Source: an uncultured Chloroflexia bacterium
GTDB taxonomy: Bacteria > Chloroflexota > Limnocylindria > Limnocylindrales > CSP1-4
Direction of reading: 5' to 3'
Length of the DNA: 64,000 bases
Assembly: GCA_963819655.1 (NCBI GenBank)
Contig: CAWFXA010000001.1
Span: 544,001-608,000 of the forward strand
The notes under the pieces are model-generated. The model saw only the letters and a program-made list of their open reading frames with translations. It had not been told where the DNA came from and ran no database searches. Shown here in pieces: positions 56,460 to 64,000 of this stretch. Positions within the stretch are counted from its first letter, which is position 1. Each line of letters begins with the position of its first letter. The translations under genes and the position numbers were made by a program.

Positions 56460-58262
56460 TCAGCCCCGCAGCTCGCGCACGTTATCGATGATCGCAAGGA
56501 GCGCGACACCCGCGATCGCCGCGACGATGAGCAGCGGCAGGAAGGCGATGCCCAGCGCGATCGCTCCGAGGATGGCGAGGAGGAGCGTTAGGCGCAGGAC
56601 GAACTGGACGAGTCGGCGCCGGAACGCTGCCTCGAGCGCGACATAGCCGCCGATCGTCAGCAGCAGCGCGCCCCAGATCGGCACCAGCTCGAGATAGAGG
56701 AGGACCACCAGCACGATGAGGAGGACTCCGGCGCTGACTGCGGACCAGAACTCCACGATGCGGCCGTACTCCTGCTCTTCCCGGGGCTGCGGCCGATGGT
56801 CGTGGCGTAGGTGTGCGCGCGGGTCGCCAGCCTGGCCCCCTTCGGCTCGCGCGAGCGCCGCATGCGCCTCCTCCAGGTCATCGGCGAGCGTGGCGTCGCG
56901 GAACCGCAGCGCGGCGAGTTCGGACTCGGCGACGCGGAGGGCGAGCTCGTCCTTGGTCGGGCCGGTCTCGGCTTCGGTCTCGGCGTTGCGGACCGGGAGC
57001 GCCGCGAACGCACGACGGACGTCGACGGCCCTGGCGTCGGCCTGGTTGCCGTTGGCGACGCGTTCGGCTTCGAGTGTCGCGATGCGTTCGCGCAGGGCCG
57101 CTGGCACGCGATGCGGCGGTGGGGACTTGTCCAGGCCGAGGAACCCGAGGGGATCGTTCCAGGACTGCCGCGCCGTGGCGCTCCGCGTGTACTTCGGTCC
57201 GGCGGGAGCGCGCTCGCCGGCAAAGCGGTCTCTCGTGTCGAGCCCCCACAGTCCGCGGAAGCCGTCGATCCAGCCCGTCGTCCCATCCACGACGATCGGC
57301 GTCCAGCTGACATCGCCGCCCGGTCCGATGACCAGCCCGTCCCCCCGCGCGTAGTCGATGAACGGGATGCTCAGGGCCGTCTCGACGCTCGCCGCCAGAT
57401 CACCAGGGTCGTCCTGCCGCAGGACATCGCGCCACAGCCGACGGAGTCCTTCGAGGAAGCCGCGAACCGGGCGCATGGCGGGGAGCGGGACAGGGGTCAC
57501 GTATTCCCCGGGTTCGAAGTAGGAGGCATGCGACCCGGCGCCGGCGAAGATCACCGGATGGCCTTCGACGAACGACAGGGTCGGGTCGTCCCAGCGCCGC
57601 CGCAGATCGTCCCCGGCGTAGTCGTGCGCCGCACAGCCGAACCAGCGAGGGATCGGCTCGCCGCTGCCGGCGTCCTCGAGGACGACGAACGCCTGCTCGA
57701 GGTCGGCTTCGTGGTCGTTGGCGCCGAAGAAGGAGGACCGCCAGTCGTTCATGCAGTACACGAACAGGTAGTGGAGGACGATCCAGCCGTCGGCACGCAC
57801 GACACGGCCGTGATACACGACGCGCTGGTCGGCCTGGCGGATCGTCGCGTAGCGCTGGGCCGCCGCCGCTGCGGTCCCGCCGGGCACGCTGCCGCGCACG
57901 AGCAATGATCCGGTGAAGCCCGCATCCACCAGTCGTGCAAAGAGACCTACCCGGGCCAGGCGCCCGGGCGCCCGAAAGACCGGCCGATCCGCCCGACGAT
58001 TCCAGCGCGCCAGCGACAGCCGATCCATGGGCCTGGGCACGAAACGCAGGTACCGCTCCTCGCCCGGCACGGGCCGTTCCGCGGCGAGGTGCTCCAACGT
58101 GAGCTCGCCTGCTGGGACCTCCACGTAGGGCCGTTCGCCCGCCACCGCCAGCAGGAGGTCGCAGGCGCGCACATAGGTCTCGGCGGCCATCGGGAAGAAA
58201 TGCTCGCCTTCCGTGAACCGCACGACCGGCTCATGGCGTTGGAGCAGCGTCAGGTCATCCAT
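56460..58262 (-). CDS. Hypothetical protein: Vps62/NPP1-like soluble domain, coiled coil, C-terminal TM helices
   Basis: EHFFP, HYLFVY..ND..NDHEADLE, GSHASY, WG..GP; TGATG-coupled to the upstream gene. Confidence 0.7.
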   Translation of the reverse strand: MDDLTLLQRHEPVVRFTEGEHFFPMAAETYVRACDLLLAVAGERPYVEVPAGELTLEHLAAERPVPGEERYLRFVPRPMDRLSLARWNRRADRPVFRAPGRLARVGLFARLVDAGFTGSLLVRGSVPGGTAAAAAQRYATIRQADQRVVYHGRVVRADGWIVLHYLFVYCMNDWRSSFFGANDHEADLEQAFVVLEDAGSGEPIPRWFGCAAHDYAGDDLRRRWDDPTLSFVEGHPVIFAGAGSHASYFEPGEYVTPVPLPAMRPVRGFLEGLRRLWRDVLRQDDPGDLAASVETALSIPFIDYARGDGLVIGPGGDVSWTPIVVDGTTGWIDGFRGLWGLDTRDRFAGERAPAGPKYTRSATARQSWNDPLGFLGLDKSPPPHRVPAALRERIATLEAERVANGNQADARAVDVRRAFAALPVRNAETEAETGPTKDELALRVAESELAALRFRDATLADDLEEAHAALARAEGGQAGDPRAHLRHDHRPQPREEQEYGRIVEFWSAVSAGVLLIVLVVLLYLELVPIWGALLLTIGGYVALEAAFRRRLVQFVLRLTLLLAILGAIALGIAFLPLLIVAAIAGVALLAIIDNVRELRG

Positions 58263-58717
58263 CAGCGGTACGTCGGCTCGCCGTCGAGGTGTTGGCCGGC
58301 GATCGCCCGGACGGAGCGCTGGTTGAGATAGAACGCGCTCACGACCAGCAACAGGAGCCCGAGATGATCGGGCTGCCCGATCGATAACCTGACAAGCTCG
58401 GCGCCAAGCCCGAGACCGACGAGGATCATGGTCAGCACCCACCCCCAGCGACGGAAGGCGAGCAGGCCGACGACGCCCAGGATCGTGGCGCCAGCGATGG
58501 CGAGCTCGACGGTTTGGGTCAGGACCGGGGAGCTGGCAAGGATCGGGAGGCCCTCGACCGGCAGGGTCCCGACGCCGAGGGCGATCGCGGCGAGCGTGAC
58601 CGCGTCGAAGATCCGCAGGGCCGCGACGACCAACATCCCGAATGGCCAGCGCCCGATCCGGAACGCAGGCTCGAACGACTCGGGGTCGCGCACACCATCC
58701 GCCCGATCCAGGGTCAC
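58262..58717 (-). CDS. 4-TM membrane protein (start uncertain)
   Basis: GLLAFRRWGW, YLNQRSVR; resembles the 62870-63277 protein. Confidence 0.7.
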   Translation of the reverse strand: MTLDRADGVRDPESFEPAFRIGRWPFGMLVVAALRIFDAVTLAAIALGVGTLPVEGLPILASSPVLTQTVELAIAGATILGVVGLLAFRRWGWVLTMILVGLGLGAELVRLSIGQPDHLGLLLLVVSAFYLNQRSVRAIAGQHLDGEPTYR

Positions 58718-58797
58718 GGGGCGCGCTGCCGGAGGCGAACAGGGTGCGTCGTGCGCATCACGCAACGATGGTACGCGGGGCTGATATGCCCGACGCA

Positions 58798-58814
58798 TCC
58801 TCCGCTGCGGGTGA
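58798..58814. promoter_or_regulatory. Palindromic box 12, TCCTCCGCTGCGGGTGA, in a divergent promoter
   Basis: TACAGT 21 nt downstream on plus; TACCAT 24 nt downstream on minus. Confidence 0.7.
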
Positions 58815-58891
58815 TGCTCGACGATGCACGGCGGGTACAGTGACGTTTCCGCATGATCGCTCTGCGGCGCGGAACCTAGGAGGATGATCCC

Positions 58892-59674
58892 GTGGCCAAG
58901 GCTACCGGCCCCGCGCCTGCACTGACGGGCGCTCAGCTCTCGGAGCTGCTCGGGCTTATCAAGGGCGCTGACACCGTGGAGCTGAAGCTCACGGTCCCCG
59001 AATCCGACCACCGCTCCGCGGCGGCCTCGCTCGACCTGGATGTGTTGGAATCCCAGATCCGCCAGGTCGTGTTCTTCGACACCCCGGATCTCACGCTGAG
59101 CCGGAACGGCATCGTCGTTCGCGCACGACGGGTCCAGGGCAAGGGCGACGACTCGGTCGTGAAGCTGCGGCCGGTGGTTCCCAGCGAGCTCTCCCCGAAA
59201 CTTCGCAAGTCGCCGAACTTCGGCGTCGAAGTCGATGCCATGCCGGGTGGGTTCGTGTGCTCGGCATCACTCAAGGCGCAATGGGGCGCAGGCTCCGTGA
59301 AGCCCGTCCTTGCTGGCGTGCGGTCGATCCGCAAGGTGTTCTCGCGCGAGCAACGTGACTTCTTCGCAGCGAACACTCCCAAGGGCCCCACCCTGGACGA
59401 TCTCGTGGCGCTGGGTCCCATCAATGTCCTGAAGTTGAGATTCGTCCCAAAGGCCTTTCCGCGACGGATGGTCGCGGAACTGTGGTTCTACCCGAACGGG
59501 TCACGCATCCTCGAACTCTCGACGAAGTGCCAGCCCGGAGAAGCGTTCCAGGTCGCGGCCGAGGCGCGGGCGTTCCTCTCTGAAAGCGGTGTGGACCTCA
59601 CCGGTCAGCAGGAGACCAAGACGCGGACGGCGCTCGAGCATTTCTCCAAGGTGCTTCGAAGCAGCCCTGCATGA
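58892..59674 (+). CDS. CYTH-like (triphosphate tunnel) protein
   Basis: VELKL, FFDTPDLTL, VRARR, VVKLR, ELSTK, TKT; AGGAGG RBS. Confidence 0.75.
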   Translation: MAKATGPAPALTGAQLSELLGLIKGADTVELKLTVPESDHRSAAASLDLDVLESQIRQVVFFDTPDLTLSRNGIVVRARRVQGKGDDSVVKLRPVVPSELSPKLRKSPNFGVEVDAMPGGFVCSASLKAQWGAGSVKPVLAGVRSIRKVFSREQRDFFAANTPKGPTLDDLVALGPINVLKLRFVPKAFPRRMVAELWFYPNGSRILELSTKCQPGEAFQVAAEARAFLSESGVDLTGQQETKTRTALEHFSKVLRSSPA

Positions 59675-60024
59675 CCGCCCGACCCGCGGCAGCGGCGGGA
59701 TCCGGCGGCAGCGGCCGCTGATTCGCGATCCTCATCCTGGCGTCCGCCCAGTTCGTGATGGTGCTGGACAGCAGCGTCATGAACGTCGCGATCTCACAGA
59801 TCGTGGCCGACCTCGATACCACGATCCAGGGTGTCCAGCTGGCGATCACCCTCTACACCCTGGTGATGGCCGCGTTCATACTGGTCGGCGCCAAGATCGG
59901 CGACATCTGGGGACGCGACCGGGCTTTCGCGCTCGGTGCGGTCGCCCTCTTCGCGACGCTCGGGCTGTGGTTCACGCGCCGGCTGCCGACCGGGCCGCCC
60001 GAAGGGGCGATGTCGACGGCCTGA
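59671..60024 (+). pseudogene. DHA2-type MFS transporter remnant (nonsense codon and large internal deletion)
   Basis: In-frame TGA at 59719; QFVMVLDSSVMNVA..GDIWGR joined directly to a terminal helix. Confidence 0.8.
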
Positions 60025-60073
60025 CCGCCGGCCGCCGCCACGAACGCGCGGTCTCGTGGGGACAATAGGGGGC

Positions 60074-60574
60074 ATGCTGGGTCAACCTGCCGACCCCGTC
60101 GAGCGCGCCTCGTGGATGAGCGAACTCGTCTACGGGACCCTCACGGTGTTGATCGCGATCGCGGGCATCGAGGTGGCCGGTGGGGCGAGCCCAACGGGTG
60201 CAGGGGTGATCATCCTTGTCGGTGCGGGGGCGACATGGTTCGCGCACGCCTACGCGGGCCTGCTGGGTCGGCGTGCCGCCCATGGACATCCGGCATCGCC
60301 CGCGCAGATCCGTCACGCGCTGCGACATGCCTGGCCGATCGTGCTCGCCGCGTTCCCGTCCGTCCTTGCGTTCGGCGGGGCGTCACTCGGCCTGTGGTCA
60401 TCGGGAGTGGCGATGGGCTTCTCGAATAGCGCCGGGATCGCGGTGCTCGCGGGAGTGGGGTACCTGGCGGGGCAGGCGGCCGGCGAGGATCTGCGTGGCA
60501 AGGTCAGCTCGACCGTGCTGACGGCATCGATCGGCATCGCGATCGTCGTCGTGGAGCTCCTGCTTCATCTCTGA
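60074..60574 (+). CDS. VIT1/CCC1-like membrane protein
   Basis: VYGTLTV, WFAHAYA; about 5 TM helices. Confidence 0.65.
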   Translation: MLGQPADPVERASWMSELVYGTLTVLIAIAGIEVAGGASPTGAGVIILVGAGATWFAHAYAGLLGRRAAHGHPASPAQIRHALRHAWPIVLAAFPSVLAFGGASLGLWSSGVAMGFSNSAGIAVLAGVGYLAGQAAGEDLRGKVSSTVLTASIGIAIVVVELLLHL

Positions 60575-62078
60575 GCGGGGCCGAATCGATCGGCCAGCAG
60601 CCCGTGGCGAAGGCCGCGGTCGCTCACCGTCACGGATCCCTGTCCGAGCTTGTCCATGACCGTGCGGACGATGAGGGCGCCGGCGAGGATGACGTCGGCG
60701 CGCTTTGGTTGGAGACCGACGATCGACCGTCGTGCCTCGGCATCACGCGATCGATAGAGCTCGATCTGGCGGTCGATCTCCGACCGTTCGAGGACCGTGC
60801 CCTGGACGACGTCCGGATCGTAGACGGCGAGCATGTGCTTGACGGCAGTGATGTTCGTCACGGCACCGCCCATCGCCACGAGGGTGTCGGGAGCCTCGCG
60901 GTCGTCGAGGCTGGACAGGTCCCGAGCGATCGCTGCGAGCGCTTCGGCGATCACGGCCGGCGTGACCGAGGCGCCCAGGCCGAACCGCTCGGTGTACCGC
61001 ACGGCTCCGACCGGAACGCTGAACCGCTCCTCGACGCGCCCGCCTCGGCCGAACGAGAACTGGCTGCTACCGCCACCGGTATCGAAGACGACGAGGCGAT
61101 CCTCGACAAGGCCCAGGGCGGTCCGGGCGGCCACATAGGCCAGTCGGCTCTCCTCCTCGCCGGGGATCACCTCGACCGTCAGACCGGTTCGATCCCGGAG
61201 GGCGGCCAGCGCGACAAAGCGATCGCTGGCCATCCGTAATCCCGCAGTGCCCACCGCGGCGATGGCAAGCGCGCCCAGCTCCTTCGCCTCATCGACCATG
61301 CCCGCGATCGCCTCCATCGTTCGCTCGACCGCTTCCGGCGCGAAGGTGCCGCCCGCGACCAGTCCCTCGCCGAGCCGGGTGACCTCAGCGCGGTCGACCA
61401 CCGTGCGCCAGCCACCGTCGTCCCCGCGATCACCGACGAGGAACTTGACCGAGTTCGTGCCCACGTCGATCACCGCAAAGCGCGCCGGCCGATCCTCGAG
61501 CTGCGCCGCCAGCCCGCGCGGGTAGTTCGTGTTGACGTAGTCCCCGAGACCCACCTCGCGGATGGCCGCCACGACCGCGGCCGGGTCCTCAGCCTCGATG
61601 GCGATCGTCCTGGTCGGCCGACCGTCGGCGGTCACGTCGGAAAGGTCGGCCATGCATCCGCCGATCGTGAAGCGGACCCGCCGCTTGTGGACACGGACCG
61701 TGCGGACCCTGTCACTCGGTCCGACGAGCTCGTCGAGGAGCTGGTCGAGGGTGTAGGCCTCCCGCGTGAGGGACGCGGGGGCAGGTGCAGGGCCTCGAGC
61801 ACCCGGCCCACGTCGGCCGCCGCGATCGGGAACCCGACCTTGAACACCGGCTCCCACCGTTCGAGCCCGTCCGCCGATACCTCGCGGAGCGCTTTCACGT
61901 CCATGAGGTCGTCGCGCACCTTGACGACGTTGGCGGCCGACGCCTCGTCCCGCGACAGGAGGTACAGCTCGTCGCTGTCGTGGGGCTCACCCGGCGTCAG
62001 CACGGCGAAGGATGCCTCGGCTGCCCCGAAGTCGTTCCCGAAGGTCCGGAACTCCCAGCGCGGGATGATCGCGGTCAC
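60565..62078 (-). pseudogene. CYTH-like domain + Ppx/GppA phosphatase fusion, frameshifted near 61780
   Basis: PRWEFRTF N-terminus; IDVGTNSVK, TAGLR, EESRL, DTGGGSSQ, RADVILAG, GLRHG; shift falls in a G5 run, so possibly a sequence error. Confidence 0.8.
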
Positions 62079-62722
62079 CGTTTGTGTCGAGGCCCCGTGG
62101 CGACGACGAGCAGCGTCCCAGCGCCGCGGGTCACCTGCGTGTTCATGAATGCCAGGTCGATGCGATCACCCAGGGCCGCGTCGGCGGGGACGGCATCGAC
62201 CTGCTTCGGGACCGGGATACTCTCGCCGGTCAGCGCCGATTCGTCGATCTCGAGGGTGGCGGCGGTGAGGATCCGCGCGTCCGCAGGGACGAGGTCGCCG
62301 GCTTCGATGTTGACGATGTCGCCCGGCACGAGGTCGCCCATCGGCAACTCGACGAGGTCCCCATCGCGACGCACCTTCGCCTTGACGACCATCATCTTCT
62401 GGAGGGCGGCCACGCTCGCCGACGTCTTGCCCTCCCTGGCTGAGGCCCATCGCCGCGTTCAAGAGGGTCAGGGCGATGAGGACGCCCGCCGCCAGCAGGA
62501 CGATCTGCATCGGGTCCTTGTACTGGCGGACGAACGCCTGCCAGCGCGGCTCCCTGGCGGCCTCGGCGAACTTGTTCGGCCAAAGCGCGCTGGCCGAGCG
62601 TCGGCATCCGCGGCGGTCAGTCCCGCAGCTGGTATGACGGCCATGCGTTCGATCGCATCGGCCGGGTCCAGGGCGTGCCAGTCGACCGCCGCGTCCATAG
62701 CGCCGGCACCGCTGTCAGTCAT
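62075..62722 (-). pseudogene. P-type cation ATPase 5' remnant
   Basis: DWHAL, G/PNKF, LVPGDIV, VPADARI, DESALTGES spread over three frames; no DKTG domain. Confidence 0.85.
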
Positions 62723-62869
62723 CGTGAGGCGCTCCTCCCCCGCTCGATGCTGCTGAGTGCCCGATCTCGACCGGTGACCGACGGGCCCTGGTCGGCGTGT
62801 ACCTACCCGTGACGTGGCGATCGGGTCGATCCCGATCGCCGCGTCCGGATTCGAAAACCGTCCCCGGTG

Positions 62870-63277
62870 TCAGGCAGCGCGGGCGGCGTCGGCCTTGCCG
62901 AAAGCTTCCCGAACCTCGCGCGAGTTGAGGTACCAGATGATGATCACGGGCATGATCGCGGCACTGAATCCTACGCCGCTGCCGGGTGCTTCGAGGAACC
63001 ACAGGAACGCCTCGAACAGCGCCAGCCCCGCGACGATGATCGCGAACCCCCACGCCCAATCCCGGAGCGCCCAGAGGCCTGCCGCAGCCGCGATCCACGC
63101 GATTCCCGCCCCGATGGCGAGCCATGCCCACAGCCCGCTCTGCTCGAAGGCGGGAAGGTCGCCGAGGACCCCGAACCAGTCGAAACCAAGGAGCCGTAGG
63201 CCCAGATACAGCCAGTAGAAGCCGGCCAGGGCTCCGAAGAAACCGATGACCGAGATGAGGACCGGTGGGTTTCGCAT
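62870..63277 (-). CDS. 4-TM membrane protein
   Basis: GLWALRDWAW, YLNSREVREAF; GGAGGGAG RBS. Confidence 0.75.
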   Translation of the reverse strand: MRNPPVLISVIGFFGALAGFYWLYLGLRLLGFDWFGVLGDLPAFEQSGLWAWLAIGAGIAWIAAAAGLWALRDWAWGFAIIVAGLALFEAFLWFLEAPGSGVGFSAAIMPVIIIWYLNSREVREAFGKADAARAA

Positions 63278-63379
63278 CTGATATCTCCCTCCAACAGAGA
63301 CGTGATGGACGACGGGAGCATATCCCCTGCGTTCGTCGGTGTGACGTCCTTTTTGGTGAGACGGGCCGATTCGTGCGCG

Positions 63380-64000
63380 TCAGGCCGGCCGGGCGACGAT
63401 GGGAACACGCAACGATCCGAGCCGCTCGACGGTGAGCGTGACCTCGTCGCCCGGCTGAAGGTAGCGGCCGATGGTCCCCTCCCGGATCTCGAGCAGACAT
63501 CCGCCAGCCACGGTGCCGGACCCAAGCAGCTCGCCTGGTCGCAACCGGACGTCAGCCGACGCACGCGCCGCGAGCTCGGCGAACCCGTGGAAGATGTCTG
63601 ACCAGCGCCCACGCGACGTCTCGGCACCGTTGACCGTCGCGGTCATCGTCAGGTCGAAGCCGTGACCCGACCGTGCGTCGGCGAGCTCGTCCGGCGTAAC
63701 CAGGTACGGCCCGATCGAGCTCGCGAAGTCCTTGCCCTTGGCCGGACCCAGGCGCACCGCGCTCTCGTCCCGTTGCAGGTCGCGGGCCGACCAGTCGTTG
63801 AGGATCGTGTAGCCGCCGATCGCCTCCTCGGCACGCTCGGGGCGCAGGTCGCGGACCGGCGTGTCGATCAGCGCCGCGATCTCGAGCTCGTAGTCGAGCT
63901 CGTCCGAGCCGGCAGGCGCCCAGACCGGCTCGCCCGGACCCCGCATCTCGGACACATTCGAGAAGTAGAAGATCGCGAGTCGATACCAGTTCTCCGGGAT
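63380..64000 (-). CDS. Fumarylacetoacetate hydrolase family protein (5' end outside the window)
   Basis: LDYELE, NDWSARDLQ, KGKDF, GSGT. Confidence 0.9.
   Translation of the reverse strand: MPENWYRLAIFYFSNVSEMRGPGEPVWAPAGSDELDYELEIAALIDTPVRDLRPERAEEAIGGYTILNDWSARDLQRDESAVRLGPAKGKDFASSIGPYLVTPDELADARSGHGFDLTMTATVNGAETSRGRWSDIFHGFAELAARASADVRLRPGELLGSGTVAGGCLLEIREGTIGRYLQPGDEVTLTVERLGSLRVPIVARPA

Noticed and set aside
59719-59721. In-frame TGA as recoding (Sec or Trp)
   Set aside because: TGA is the normal stop throughout the window, and the gene is also internally deleted.
27400-63380. Mobile element or ICE status for the island
   Set aside because: No integrase, transposase, tRNA target or terminal repeats are visible.

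Overview
High-GC, gene-dense bacterial DNA. The gene content and frequent leaderless starts suggest a soil or freshwater Chloroflexota- or Actinomycetota-like organism, but that is inference only. I saw no rRNA, tRNA, CRISPR array, integrase or transposase. The window has three zones. (1) 0.7-10.7 kb is a compact cyclic-nucleotide locus: an MFS transporter fused to a cNMP-binding domain, a separately expressed 64-aa acidic peptide, a cytoplasmic subtilase, a Crp-GAF ORF, a secreted Cys-rich protein, and a STAND-type (P-loop plus helical repeats) protein with two asymmetric class III cyclase domains. (2) 10.7-27 kb is mostly housekeeping: a CBS-korA-korB-CBS operon, an M24 peptidase, EamA, an XRE-nuclease, HpcH, hmgA, a frameshifted LuxR/AAA regulator and a GNAT. 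(3) About 27.5-62.7 kb is a membrane/anion island: a MalT-like LuxR regulator, two DUF6325-like proteins, two SHOCT proteins, two sulfatases plus FGE, a holin-phosphodiesterase, two SulP (one fused to PASTA domains), a K+ channel, three AI-2E genes, SPFH, CYTH and Ppx. Most of its transcription units carry a copy of a 17-bp palindrome, TCAYCC-N5-GGRTGA. I found 12 copies by eye, usually 21-23 nt upstream of a -10-like hexamer. This putative MalT-like regulon and the cyclase/peptide/subtilase locus are the two best candidates for undescribed systems. The right end of the island is decaying. All family assignments come from recognising motifs by eye, not from database searches.
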